Shown: positions 50,250-63,554, numbered from the stretch's first letter. The stretch is 64,000 nucleotides of DNA from Callorhinchus milii (GCF_018977255.1 NW_024704742.1:87918001-87982000), one strand, 5' to 3'. The notes: generated from the letters alone by a model not told the origin. A program made the numbers and translations.

Positions 50250-51430
50250 TCCCAGTGTCTCCACTTTGTCTCATTCAATAGCTTCTCCTCCCGCCCCCGC
50301 AAGGTCAAGTGGGGCATTGCTCAGGCCTCACTTGATCCTCTCATTTTCCTCATTTACTTGCTCCCCCCTTGATGACATTAAGCGCAGACATGGGGTCCAC
50401 TTCTATATGGATGATAGCCAACTCTACCTTTCCAGCTCTAACCTCAACTTCAGGGCCACTGCTGTTGTGCAGTAAAAATCCTCTCCTGCACCAAGCTCCA
50501 CGAGCCCATCACTCCCATCATCGTCTGGCTCCATTGGCACACTATTCTCCAGCAGATCAACTTTAAGATCATCCTCATCTTCAAATGCCTCCACTATCTT
50601 GCACCATCCTAGCTCTGCAATCTTGTGATCAAACTCTCTCTGCTGTTAACTCCAGCTTGCTCTTTGCCCCCTGCCCGCTCCGCCCCACCATCAGTGGATG
50701 AGCCTTTAGCCACTTTGCTTTCTCCCTCTGTAATTTTCTCCTGAATTCTCTCTATCTCGCCTCTTCAAATCTCACCTGAAGACCTACCTTTTTCACTTTG
50801 TTTTTACCTCACTTACTTCCCCCCAACCAAGAGCTCCCTCCCAGCTGGAGCTCCCGTTCAGCTTTTGTAAAATGCTTTGAGATGCTTTTGAAATGTTCTC
50901 CCAATGTGAGAGGCTCTAAATAAGTGTAAATTGTTGTTGTTATTATGTCCACAACAGAGACGTATCAATCAGTGCAGATATCAGGTTCTTACTGTTTATA
51001 AGATGGTTAATGGGATTAAAGGAAACCTGGAACAATACTCTCAGATATGCCAAGGCAGCAGGACAAGAAGTCACAAGTTCAGGGTTGTGAAAGCAATTTA
51101 GAACAGGCATCAGGTAAATTTCTTTACAGAATCAATAGCTGCCTCCGCTTGACTGGCTCCAACCTCCTCCTTGTCCACCCCACCATCGGCATCCGTGCTT
51201 TCAGCCACTATGCCCCAAAACTGTGGAGCTCTCTCCCTCAATCCCTTCACCTTGCCCCACCCCCCCCCCACCTACCCCCATTTTCAGGTTGTGCCTGAAG
51301 ACCTTCGTCTTTCTACTGTGCCTACGGTCACCTTCCCCCTCCCCTGGCTTGGCATTGGGCTCCACCATTGTTAAGCGCTCTGAGGTACTGTATGGCGTGA
51401 AGAGACGTATATAAATAAAGTTGTTGTTAT
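50250..51430 (+). mobile_element. Two degraded L2 fragments (~50250-50945 and ~51140-51430)
   Basis: MDDSQLYLS and RAFSHYAPKLWSSLP motifs plus L2 tails. Confidence 0.75.
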
Positions 51431-51583
51431 TGTAGCTGGAACCGGTTAGCAGGAAGGGTGTTTGAGGCTGTACACCGGATTCATTTCATCATCTAAAAGT
51501 CTCTTCTGATCAGTTTGATTATTTTTTTACCTCTTGTTACAATGCAACATTTTAAAAATAAAATGAATTCTAACAGTACTCAC

Positions 51584-51735
51584 TAGGAATAGGTCTAAGG
51601 ACGTCTGGAATAAGGATTTCCACCAGAGCCTGGTACATTACATGATCACAGGTACACATCCACTTCAGGACGGAATCATTTTTGCACAGGGCAACAAGTT
51701 TTGCCTTTGGGAGTCTACCTTCTATTTCATTCTCA
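51584..51735 (-). CDS. RFX3: RFX3 exon (C domain)
   Basis: tcctcag| (S)ENEIEGRLPKAKLVALCKNDSVLKWMCTCDHVMYQALVEILIPDVLRPIP(S) |gtgagt. 152 bp. Confidence 0.96.
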
Positions 51736-53472
51736 CTGAGGAAAGAGAGACAGAATCAGACTATTAACAACTAAAGCTACAGTGAAAAATGATGCACTCT
51801 TATCCTTGGTTTCATTTACTATAAAGGCCTGATTATAATAATAATCTTTGCATTAGATAGCACCTTATCCCGTTGTCGAGTCTCAAAGTGCTTCACAGGA
51901 TACACTATAAAGTGAATTGAATGTATATTTTGGGTGATTATGTGGCCACACTGACAGTAATTGATTTGCTAGTGGAGATAGAACTTCTGAAAGTTGTGTC
52001 TACATGTAGCATTAATGGGGCTGCACTGCAACCTTGTTATAAACATATTTGAGGTGTAAAGAGGAGACATGTTAAGAGAGGGCTGCACTATACACAGCAA
52101 ACTAATTGGTTACAACAAACTTCCTTTGGTGGCATTGTCTTTTCATAATGGGAAAAGGGTTGACATGACCACCAACTTCAAGCAGCGTTCTTGGAATCTC
52201 TCTTTCATTCAGAGCAAGAGCCATCTGAGATGTTTTTTGAAACATGCCTTGAGCACGCAGGAGGGGGCCTCAGAGACACATGGAATCAGTGGGAATCACT
52301 GGAGGAGTGGAGGAGTGAAAGGGGAGCATATTAATGAGTTAACAACATTTTGTATTATTTTTCCTAATAAATTAAACATTAGTATTCAAATGCTACCTCC
52401 TGTTAATGTGCCACCTAGACATATACACAGTTCGGTTCTATAAACCCTGATCACCTGGGTTCAGATCTCGTCTACAATTAAAAGAAAATGAAAATAATTG
52501 CAGACTTTGGATTCACGCACAAGCTGTCCTGTGTCACAGGATTGAGGTGTTTGCAGTATCCTAGATGGTGTTTCAAAAGGAATTGAAACTGGATTTATTT
52601 GTTGGGAGGAAGGGTAATGCCGATTTTTTATTGTATAACATAGTTTTTAACAAGGCCTGAAGAGATGATGTTCGATTTCCATAGACATGTACGTGCATTT
52701 GTCCGTAGTAGCTGAATCATGTTTAAAACGCTTACTTCAGAGAAAGGAAAAAAAATGTGCTCACAATTTATAAAACGATGAATGGTGTTAGCTTTACAGG
52801 TGTGTAGTTTCCGAGATTCGGGACTAGCGGATCCCGCAAGTATCTGGATGTGTCTCAAGTCGACTCTCTGGATCTCTGCTCGGATACCACTCTCCTACCA
52901 GGTACCAGGAGCCTCACAGGCTGGCTTCACAGTAGTTTGAATTGAGTTTGACATCTGAGCAGAGTTCCAGAGGGAGGGATGGGATAACGCATCCTGGGTC
53001 ACGCTCATTCAAGTCCAAGGAGTCAACCCTGGAGTGGCGTTGATAGATATACGCATTGTCAGCTATGTTTAAAAAAAGCTAAAAGAGTAACATATCAGTG
53101 GAAATAGTTTAGAGCAGTAGGAGACTGTATAATGTGCAAGTTGGGGAGAAGACAAGTGACTCTGAAAGTGTTGTTTTGTTGGTGACATGTGTTTGAGGCT
53201 TTCCTAAAAGAAGCCTAATGGCACAGGAAAAAACTGGGACTATTTGTCTACTTGCCATCTAGGCTGCTGATAGAGACTTAGAAAAAACACACGGAATATA
53301 AAGAAAGTGCTTCAAATCAATAAAACTGGACTAAAGTAAGAAAGTTGAAGTTGCTACAAAATGTACAGTTACTACAGTATCAATCCTGGGAAGCACTTTG
53401 AGACATCCTCCCAACATGAAAGGCGCTGTAAATCAAACGTAAGGATTATTATTATTTTTATTAGAAACTTAC

Positions 53473-53588
53473 CTGGCTTGATTGATAGTGTTCACATCAG
53501 TTGAAGGTGAGGGACTGAAGTGCCAAAATGTCTGCCACAGCTTTTCAATGAGGCTAAACTGGAGATTTACTACAACATCCAGTATTGC
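53473..53588 (-). CDS. RFX3: RFX3 exon (B domain)
   Basis: ctctttag| AILDVVVNLQFSLIEKLWQTFWHFSPSPSTDVNTINQA(S) |gtaagt. 116 bp. Confidence 0.96.
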
Positions 53589-53889
53589 CTAAAGAGACAT
53601 AAGAAAAATCAACAGTAGCACCTAAAGCAATGATTATTATTCGCCGTTGAAAACACAGGACTTCAATTATAAATGACAAATTCAGACCAGACAGATAGTC
53701 GTGTTAACTTTGCAGAAAACAAACCAAATTAAACAATAAATTTAGAAGTTGGGTTTGCTTCAATGAAGCTTGGTGTTTCCTATGAGAATGAACAAGGATG
53801 TATTGTTCAGTACTGAGTCCTGTATGTCTTTGACACAAAATCTACTGTAAAAGTATCTAAAAAAGGTTTAATGTACAGTATTTCTCAAC

Positions 53890-54445
53890 AACAGTGCAAC
53901 TTGTACCAAGCTTCATGTAGAATAATATTTTGGAGCACTTTACAGAAACAGTACTGGACACTGAGCCGGGGGGGTGGGGGGGGGTTGTGACTATAAGCAT
54001 GGACAAAGAGATACAGTAGGTGTAAAGACAATTTTTGAAGCCGGATAGAGGGGTGAGACAGAGGGATTGAAGGAAGAAGTTCCAGAGGGTAGCATTTGAA
54101 AGTTTGGCTGGCAATGGTGGACAGAGGGAGTGAAGAACTTTCAAAGGCCTGAGTTATCTGAGTGGAGGGGATGAGCAGATAAGTGAGTCTGGAGAAGATC
54201 AGTGATAGGGAGGTATGAGGGCATAAAGGATTTTGTAAGTGACAGTGAGGATCTTGAAGTCTACCTTCTGGGAGACAGGGAGACAGAGGAGTCTGGTGAG
54301 GACACAGGTGATGAGTATGAAAAGCTTTGTGTGGGTAAGGAGGTGGGCAGCCAAGCTATGAACAACCTAGAGCTTTTAAGATCCAGGGAGGGTGTTGAGG
54401 AAGGCATTTGAAAAATTGAGTCTAGAAGTAATGAAGGTGTGAATG
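53890..54445 (-). mobile_element. Degraded L2 3' fragment
   Basis: Reverse-strand L2 ORF2 C-terminal remnants and tail. Confidence 0.65.
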
Positions 54446-54665
54446 GGGATTAATAGGAAACCTTGACAAGGAATGCAAATTGTTCTGCAAATGGGTTCTC
54501 CTTCTGTAGTCATAGATATGTTTTGCTGCCCTTCAGAGACTTCATTCTGACTTGATCCATTCCCATGAGTCGCTAGAATTCTAATATGGAAGACATACTA
54601 GAATATATATATAGAATATATATATAGAATAATATGGAAGACCCATTAAACGGTTAGTTCTGTAC

Positions 54666-54784
54666 CTCACAGTGCTCCCGATAAAGAATCTGTAGTGTTC
54701 TGATGTCCTCAAGTGCAATACCGTCCAACAAGGGGCTGTCTCCAACCTCGAGTTCTACAAACTCTGGAAGTGCTCGAGATGCAT
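54666..54784 (-). CDS. RFX3: RFX3 exon
   Basis: gaatag| (D)ASRALPEFVELEVGDSPLLDGIALEDIRTLQILYREHCE |gtacag. 119 bp. Confidence 0.95.
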
Positions 54785-57700
54785 CTATTCAGCAAAATAA
54801 GATTGATTTAGATGCAGTTCAGTAGATCAGATTTAATTTTTAATTTAATGACTTAAAAAGCCATTTGGAGTTCAATGGCTAAATGCTAAAGTAATATGGA
54901 GAAAGAGATCATAAATAAACCTCTCAGAATTTTAAGTGTTAACCGGTTTGAATTCTACCTAATATGAGAGTTAATAAATATTCATACACATTTACAAGTT
55001 AAGACCTTTAGCTTCATGGTAAAACATGGATTCAGTAGTTTGGACAGTAATGCACTGATATGCTAGATTAACCTTAAAATAGATTGCATGGTACATACAA
55101 TATTTCAATTGCCCCTCAAACCACTCAGTATTTTTTTCATCTCATTGTTAGTTTTCTTATGATCTGCGTTTCAGGATCAAATGTGCGTGGAATACTGCAA
55201 CATCCAAATACTAGATAATGCGTTGGAAAAAATAATAGAATATTTCATGCTAAATAAATTTAAAATAATCAGCAGTAAAAGTAATAACTTGAATTTACAG
55301 TATATACTAACAGATTAAATAAACATCTCAAGCACTTTGCAAAATATAACAACTTGCATTTAAATAGTGCCTGTAATGTCTCAAAGCACTTTACAGAGCT
55401 GGTGCTGGACACCGAACAGGGAGGGTGGAGGTGACTTGTAGTCAGAGTCAGAGGTAAATTTTTAGGAAGCTTTTAAAGACAGATGGATTGATTAGAAAGT
55501 CACAATGGTTGGTCAGGCCCAAAGATTTCAGCACTATTTATTCTTGTGACAGGGAAATTCCAATGCAGCCAGAAAATAGTGTAGCATACCACCTTATATA
55601 CAAGCAGGATCCTGTTAAGCAGGATTCAAACACTGGTACAGGTGCGTGAAATTGAATTTGGATCTGCTCAAAATCATTGTGAAAAGTTGAGGGGGTGGTT
55701 CATTTCCAAACCTGTCGTATTATAATAATTATTCGTGCATTTCATGTAGTGCCTTTCACATTGGGAATATGTCTCAAATCTCTTCACAGGATTTAATGTC
55801 ATGTGTTGTGACTGTTTAGATTGCACTTTTCAACAATCATTACCAGTGTTGAAAGCTACCTTTTTCACCCCAACATTTTATTAAAGTCCCAAATTGGATT
55901 TATAAATATGTACACGATTAAACAAATAATTTTTAAAAATTCTAAAACAATATACACTCACTCCATTTCAGAATTTACAAAGACCTGAGTGCCAGCTGTT
56001 AAATATCATTCAAAGGATATTCTTCAAGGTCACACTTTAACATCACCATTATCAACTGGACACTGCCCATAATCCACTGATTGACTAGCAAGGGCACAAA
56101 ACAAGAAACAATATCCCAGAGGAGTAAGGAAGTAAGCTGCTTGTTTTATAATATATAATAATTCTTGTGTTTGATACAGAGTCTTATCACGTCATCGAAA
56201 CTTCTCAACGTGCTTCACAGGAATTACTGCGGATTTGAAAGCAAACTTGGCAGTTACCTTGCACACAGCAAAGACCCACAGACAGCCAGGAAGTGAATAA
56301 CCAATTTTATTTGGAGGATTGTTGGCCAGGACACCAGGAGAAACTCCCTTCACTTTTCAACTAGTGTCGTGGGATCTTTAGTATCCACCTGAACAGGTTT
56401 ATAACCACAATAGCAGGCAGAATAAACATACAATTGACCTGGTGTACCCACTGCACTGAACTAAATTCCATTAGGTTTGTCATGTCACTGTGGCTGGGTG
56501 AAAATCAGGCATATTTTGAATGGCCTGATATACCTGACTGAAACCCTTCATATACTTCAGTATATTCTCAGATTGTGGTGGCTTTTAAGATGGACACCGC
56601 CTGTCGTGACAGCTGATGTGACCTGATTCTTTTATGTACAACTCTCCGAGCTCACACAGAGTTTTTACGGTATTGGTTGTATGGAGGCTCCTGTCACGGG
56701 GCAGAGTCTGCTTGTGGCTTGAGAAGTCGCATTGCGTCTGAAGGCTGGGCCTCTTTTATTTGGATGATACGGTGGGTGACCTTTTGCCAGTTGTCTCATC
56801 CACTTCATTTCACTTTCTATGTCTGAGATGCTGATTGGTTCTTGGAGCAATTCCAAAAACCGTGAAAGAATCAACTGTGGAGACACAAAGTGACATATAA
56901 ATAATTGACTCTGAACTATGTATAAACTCTATGCCAAAGCACCAAAGGCAGAAAAACAATAATTAATCTACATACTATACACACAGGAAACAAATACGGT
57001 CACAAGACATCATCTGAAGCACTTTGAGATGTTTCGAAGACGTGATAAGGAGCTATATCAAATGCAATGTTTATTATTATCTGCATGAACTTTACGGAAT
57101 TATTATTGGCAAGACAATTATGACATTGCTGTAATATTATTTCTAACATTAATCTATTTGAAATGGCAAAAAAATGCAACACTTACCAGAATTGGAAAAT
57201 TCAGAGAAAGGGGTGATTCTCTTGTCTGGAAGGCTGAAGACTTGAACAATCATTGTACTGTACTTCATTTCTGGTTCTGTAGCTATCGTTGTCCACTCCA
57301 GCATGTTTATATAATATGTCATTGTAAATGGAGCCACACTTCAAATCAGCAAAATACTTTGTAGAGTCATCTGTGTTCCAAAATCTTTGCACATGTTATT
57401 AGGTTTTCTTTCAATCGCAGCTCAGTTCTTTTTGACCTCGCTGCTGTAGATAGTGTTGCTTTATAATACAGTTATAAGGCGAGGTAAGGATCCATAAAAT
57501 CCCTGTCTTTATCCACTTCTCTGCCTCTGGGCTACTTTTGCACTGTGGACCATTCCATCATCTCGATCGCCTCCTCTTCCTCATCCACCTCCAAAGGACT
57601 GGACTCTCTTGGGTCCAATTGAACTAGAACTAGAAAGTGCTTCCACTTTGTCTCCTCCCTGGATTTTACTCACAGTCTTGCATGGTAACCTGCAGAGTAC

Positions 57701-58019
57701 CTCAGGGCTCTATCCATGGCCCGCCCCTTTTCCTCAAGCAGAAATGGGACTAAACGGTCACCACCAATATCTAACCCAAACATTGTAAAGTGCTCCGAGA
57801 TGTTATCCTATGTGAAGGCTGCTACATAAATGCAAGTTGTTGGCTTTCACAATAAGGAGAATCCCATTAAGAAATAGTAGAAATTATACTGCCTAAATGT
57901 GTAAACTTAACTTTTATGCATGAAATCGTTCTCTAATACAGCAGAAATTCACAGGAATATATCCGTAAATATCGGTATATCTTGTAAGTCAGAAAATACA
58001 AGCATATCTTGGAAGCAGC

Positions 58020-58462
58020 ATTAAATCCAAAACTCCGTCACCCAGATACTCACCAGCACTAAACTCGGTACCCCCATCACACCAGTTCTCGCCACTGGCT
58101 CCTTATCATCGAACGGATCGACTTCTAAATTCTCACACTCGTTTTCAAATCCCTTCGTGCTCTTGCATCTCCCTATCTCTCCGACCTGCTTACACCTCAA
58201 TCCATTACCCGCAGCCTCCGACCATCTACTTGTCGCTTGTGTCGTCCGTTCCAGCATTGGTGGTCGTGCTTTCAGCCACTATGCCCCGAAACTCTGGAAC
58301 ACTCTTCCTCTATCTCTCCGCTTTGCCCCCTCCTTCCTCATCTTCAGGTTGTGCCTGAAGACCTTCCTCTTTGACTGGTCGGCATCTTGCTCTGCCACTG
58401 TCAAGCACTCTGGGACCCTAGCCTGCGTGTGGGCGCTATATAAATGCAAGTTGTTGTTGTTT
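58020..58462 (+). mobile_element. L2 3' end
   Basis: IGGRAFSHYAPKLWNTLP..LKTFLF; tail ggcgctatataaatgcaagttgttgttg. Confidence 0.88.
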
Positions 58463-58503
58463 TATTAGAGGTGTAATGGAAGAACTTTTTTGATTTAGCT
58501 TAC

Positions 58504-58625
58504 CAAGAAACTGCTGATGGTGTTGACTTTGTGCTACAATAGTTTGCTCTGCACAGTTAGGAATTTGTTGGCCACTTCCTGTAAAACCGTCACCAATTCC
58601 ATCCAACTTCTGCACAGGTTTATAC
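58504..58625 (-). CDS. RFX3: RFX3 exon
   Basis: tttctcag| (R)YKPVQKLDGIGDGFTGSGQQIPNCAEQTIVAQSQHHQQFL(D) |gtaagc. 122 bp. Confidence 0.96.
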
Positions 58626-58861
58626 CTGAGAAACAATATTAAGAATAAGCAGTACTCCAGAAACAAGAGTGAGGAGGAATGAATACTTCACAAAACAACA
58701 AAACAAATGTGTGTTTCTGGAGCCTTTTCATTTCTTCGTGTATAATATAATAACACGTCAAGCAATGGCCCCCTGAACATTTACACAGGTCTAGGTAAGT
58801 CCCTGTTCGATAGTTAGTGTGTTTCCAGGGTTTTCTTAATTGAGTATATCTTGATTTATGG

Positions 58862-60926
58862 CAGCGTGGACCAACTGGTGGCCTGCGGGCTGCATACAGT
58901 CTGGCGGGTGATCTTATCCAGCCCAAGACCACCTCCAACATTCCAACTTCTGCTCCCTCTCTCCCTGGTGAATATTCTCAGGGCAGCGGCAGGAGCTGGT
59001 GGTTGGGAGGACGCAGCGCAGAGTGATAATAATACTGGCCGTTACTGCAGTCTGTCAAGAAGGCAAGCGCATCTCTTACCAACTGAGTCCTTAAGCAACC
59101 AGTTGCTTAGTCAGCCAGCTCCTGCCGCTAGATAGTAACCCACGTGGCTGATTGGGAGGGAGAAGGATTCGGAAGTGGGGTGGGGAAGATGGTAGAGAGA
59201 GAGGGGGGAAGGGAGAGAGAGAGAGGGGGAAAGAGGAGGGAGGAGAGAGAAAGAAGATGGAGAGAAAGGGGGGTGAGAGAGAGGGAGAGAGGGGGGGAGA
59301 GAGAGGGGGGGGAGAGAGAGAGTGGTTGAGAGAGAGGGGTAGAAAAAGAGGGGGAGAGACAGAGAGAGAGAGGGGGGGAGAGTGCGAAGGGGAGAGAGGG
59401 GGAGAGAGATATGGGAGAGAGAGAAGAGGAGAGTGAGAGGGAGGAGAGAGGGGGGCGGAGAGAGAGGGGGAGAGGCAGAAGGGGAAGAAAGGGGGGATGA
59501 TAGTGAGGGGGGAGAGAGAGAATAGAAAGAGAGGGGAAAGAGATTGAATGAGAGAGGGGAGATAAAGTATGTCATGTGAGAGAGAGAGGGGGGAGAGAGC
59601 GAGATGCGAGAGAGTGATTAACAGATAGAGAATGATTAAGAGAAAGAGAGAATGATTGCGAGAGGCAGAGAGAGGGAGATTGAAAGAGGGATAGAGCAGA
59701 GAGAGATATTGAATGAGGGAGAGTGTGAGAGAGGGGAAACAAAAGTGTGTGAAAGAAAGGGGAAGAGAGTGATTGAGAGGGGGGTGGGGGGAAGAGTGTG
59801 TGAGAATGAGTTAGAGGTGAGAGAGGGTGAGGGAGAGAAAGGAGGGGGGGAGAGAGAGGGAGAGATTGAGAGAGTGTGTGAGAGAGAGGGAGGAGTGAAA
59901 GAAACTGAGAGAGTTATTGAGAGTGCATAGAAAGAGTCTGGGGGGGGTGGGTGAAAGAAAGAGAGTGAGAGAGAGTGTGTGTGTGAGAGAGAGAGTAATT
60001 GAGAGAGGGAGAGTGTGTAAGAGAGAAGGGGGTTGGGAGTGATCGAGAGGGGGAAAGTGTGAGAGGAAGAGAGTGTGAGAGGGGGAAGAGTGTGTGCGAG
60101 AGAATGCGTAAGAGGGGGTAGAGAGAGAGAGAGAGGTGGGGGTGGGGAAATGATAGAGAGAGAAAGAACGTGAGAGGGGGAGAGAGAAAAACAAAAAGAG
60201 CGAGAGAGCAGAGAGAGAGAGAAGTGAGGACAATGTTTCATGGTTCACTGTCAGGACAGACAGACGGAGTCTCCCTCAGCCACCGTGGGGAGGACCAAGG
60301 ACAGACACTGAGTGATGTGCTGTGCAGATTCCTCACAGAAAGTTCCCTCTTTCCCCAGTGACAAACCCCTCTGTCCTTCATTCCACCCCCGCCACCCCTT
60401 CCCCACCCTACCTCTGTGATCTCCCAACCCAGCTGTTCCCTTTGCCCAGCAAACACCAGCTTGCTTCATGTCCCCCCCACCAACCCCATCTACCCCACCA
60501 TCGCCATTTTGCCCTTGCTTTCTGGAGTTCCATTCCTGGATCCCTGCGACTTGCACTCTCCCTCCCCTCTTTCAAGACATGTTAAGACCTAACTCTTTGA
60601 CCACACTTTGGGTCATCTTTTCCGCTCCCTCTCCCACCTCTCTCTTGACTCCCACCCCCAGCTCAGGTGCTCAGCCGACAGTGTTGAGCGCTTTGAGATT
60701 AAAAAAAACATGTTTAAGCTATAAAGAATAAATATGTTTATTCTTTATTAAATATGTTTATTCTTATAAACTTTATTGCTTTGAGATGTCCTTCCAACAC
60801 GAAAAAGGTGCTGCGTAAATGTTGTTATGTTTTTGGAAGGGAAACACAAAATATTGTTTATGTGGCTTGCAGATTTTTCTCAAATGGAAAATCAGGCCTG
60901 CGACAGCCAAAAGGTTGGAACCCCTG
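58862..60926. mobile_element. Non-autonomous hAT (Charlie-like) transposon, ~2.07 kb, with a perfect 8-bp TSD
   Basis: ATTTATGG at 58854-58861 and 60927-60934. Imperfect TIRs cagcgtggaccaac and ggttggaacccctg. Termini resemble the MITE at 12946-13190. Confidence 0.85.
59150..60228. repeat. ~1.1-kb polypurine (GA/GGA-rich) tract
   Basis: Almost pure A/G on the + strand, with G runs. Confidence 0.95.
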
Positions 60927-62001
60927 ATTTATGGCATAAATCGAGAAACAGTTGATCAAGAAAATTTATTTTGTTGGCTGACCAAAAAGATTGGCCACCA
61001 GTGGCTTACAAGTTTGGCCTTTATTTGTGTTTTTGCAAACATATTTATTCTTTATAGCTTAAAGAAAATTCTCCTTTTTACACTGTTGGTGCAAATATAA
61101 CGTTTTAGTTCAATCACCAGCTATATTTCTATGTTCCCTAAACAAAGATACAAAATTGAGTTCCATATTCTAAGCAAAATATACACATAAACACATATAT
61201 AATATATGACACTGTAAACCTGCGAAAAACATGAAGCAATGATGTGCCAGTCAATTATCTTTCAGCAACAAAGTGGGTAATTGCAAAGCCCACAGAGCAC
61301 AAATCTCCCACCCCCCCATTCCCTAAAAAGACAACACCTCCATAAAATTAAGAGCACATATTACAAAACATAATTAATATTGTGGAATAGGATGTTGGGT
61401 GTTCAGGGTTTTAAAACCTTCCAGCTTCGCTTTTGCATTTGAAAGCATTATCTGACAGCTTCTAACTCTAAATCTACCCTTGAAATCTATTCTCAGGTAA
61501 CCTACCATTTTCTGAATGTGCTGCAAATGGATACCTCAACCAATGGTTGCTGTTACTATGCATAAATCTCCCTATCAATGCAACATTCATAACTCAGGCT
61601 GTCACAAATTATTCCCTTTTTCTCTAAATGATGACACTAAAGGCTTAGAACCAGAGAAATTAATAGCACAGAAGAAGGCCATTTGACCCAGTGTCTGTTC
61701 TCTTTGAAAGAGCAATCTATTAATTTCCATTTACCTGCCTTTTAGCCCATACATTTGCAAATTACTCCTTTTTAGATATCATTCTACTTCCTTTTGAAAG
61801 CTTGACCATTTTGAAGTAGGTGATCTTTGAATGTTACAAATTCTTTTCTTACATTAGATCATCAAATCAGTGTCACACAACATATTTTAAAAAAAAGGAA
61901 CAAAGAAAGAAGAGATTTGGAAAGGTGCTAAGATTATAACCTCTGAGACTCTCAACCTATGGTCTAAATGTCCCTAATGTATGGCCACTGCTTGTTATTA
62001 C

Positions 62002-62121
62002 CTTTGCTTCTGATGCATAGGCTGTTGTCTCATAGCCATGTATTGCATGTCCTCCTGTAGGCGATTCAGTGGAGAGTCAGGTTTAATCCGGATGCCATAG
62101 TAGTGATATTTAGAGTTTCCC
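62002..62121 (-). CDS. RFX3: RFX3 exon (C-terminal end of the DNA-binding domain)
   Basis: ttccctcag| (R)GNSKYHYYGIRIKPDSPLNRLQEDMQYMAMRQQPMHQKQ(R) |gtaata. 120 bp. Confidence 0.97.
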
Positions 62122-62320
62122 CTGAGGGAACAGAGGTTTAAAATAGATCAGGCATTTATAATAATAATAATAATAATCCTTGCATTTGATATAGCACCTT
62201 ATCATGTCATTTAGACGTCTCAAAGGGCTTCACAGAATATATTCTAAAGGGCATTGACTGTGTATTTTGTGGGCAAAACGTGGCAGCCAATTGCATTTTC
62301 TACAATAATAACAATAATAA

Positions 62321-63255
62321 AAAAAGAAATAGAAAGTTGCTCATCCGAACCAACAAAAGTGGCACTTGGAATGAAAATTTTCCTTAAAGAGAAAACAATG
62401 TCTTGTAGAAAAAACAAATGGGAAAAAAAAATCAGGCATGGTCAATGTCCAAGAGAAATAAAAGAAGAATTCCCAGATATGAACCAAAGCTACGACTGGT
62501 TGACCAACAGAGATCTGAAGGCCAAAACCAAAACTCTCATGTTATCGGCATAAGACAAAGCTATTACGACCCGATATTATGAAAATAAGATCTTAAAGAG
62601 AAACATTGATCCAAAATGCAGAATATATCATTAAGCACCAGAAACAGTAAACCAATAATGTCATCATGTCCAGGCCCTAGCACGATCTGAGTGTCTTATT
62701 AGACATAATAATGTAGCTAAATATATTCACCGGGCAATTTAGAAACACTTTAATTGATGTAAAGACTAACTGGCATGAACATCAACCAAAAAAAGTGACA
62801 TTGAGAAACAACATTACAATAATCTGGGATTCACAAGTACATACAGACAGGACAATCAGCTGTAACACACCAGATATTATCACAAAGAATCAAATAGATT
62901 GTAGATGTATTATTATTGATGTGGCTATCCCAAGTGATAGCAATGTGAAAAATAAGGAACTAGAGAAGACCAGGAAATACAATATATCGATCTAGAAATT
63001 GAATGCAGACACCTGCCAGTATAAAGCAAGAGTAGTTTCTAATAATCATTGGTGCAATTGGGACTGTTAAGACAATTCAAAAATGGCTTCACAAAATGTC
63101 AACCTTCTGCAAAAAGGAACTATTTTAGGAAGTTTAAACACACTAAGAAAAGTAAAAACATCCATTTATATAGAATGTGGCAGTGTTATTGGTCTGACTG
63201 ACCCATCCCTGAAAATCACTTAGAAACTACATCTGTGATTTGAACTGTAACAACG
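62321..63255 (+). mobile_element. 5'-truncated, degraded non-LTR retrotransposon with a restriction-like endonuclease (R4/Dong-like)
   Basis: KWEKKIRHGQ, DPKCRIYH*APETV (zinc-knuckle relic), RHNNVAKYIH, IIWDSQVHTDRTISCNTPDII..CIIIDVAIPSD..KELEKTRKY (PD-D..K endonuclease). Contains stops and frameshifts. Confidence 0.8.
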
Positions 63256-63311
63256 TAATAATAATTAGAATAAAAATCATAAAACTGAAAGATGTTGGTT
63301 AGGTAACCAAC

Positions 63312-63493
63312 CTGGTGCCCAGACGCCTGGTGCGCAGACCCATGAAAATGGAGCGAATAAGTTTCCCAAAAGAAGCTGCATTCACTGGGTCGAGCTTCTG
63401 TTCCTGACAGTGGCGCAGGTAGTGGTTGTAGAGAGTGCTTCTGGGAAGACTGACGCCTTCAGCTGTTTCATAGTTGTCCAATAGCCACTGAAG
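63312..63493 (-). CDS. RFX3: RFX3 exon (RFX winged-helix DNA-binding domain); upstream exons are outside the window
   Basis: tctttag| [60 protein letters not shown](R) |gttggt. 182 bp. Confidence 0.98.
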
Positions 63494-63554
63494 CTAAAGA
63501 TGAAGGTTAAAATAATAGTATTAGTAATTATCCATTTATTTTCTGGCTAGGTGT

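Noticed and set aside
59111..60248. Several Ser/Leu/Pro- or Arg/Glu/Gly-rich ORFs
   Set aside because: Artefacts of the polypurine low-complexity tract.
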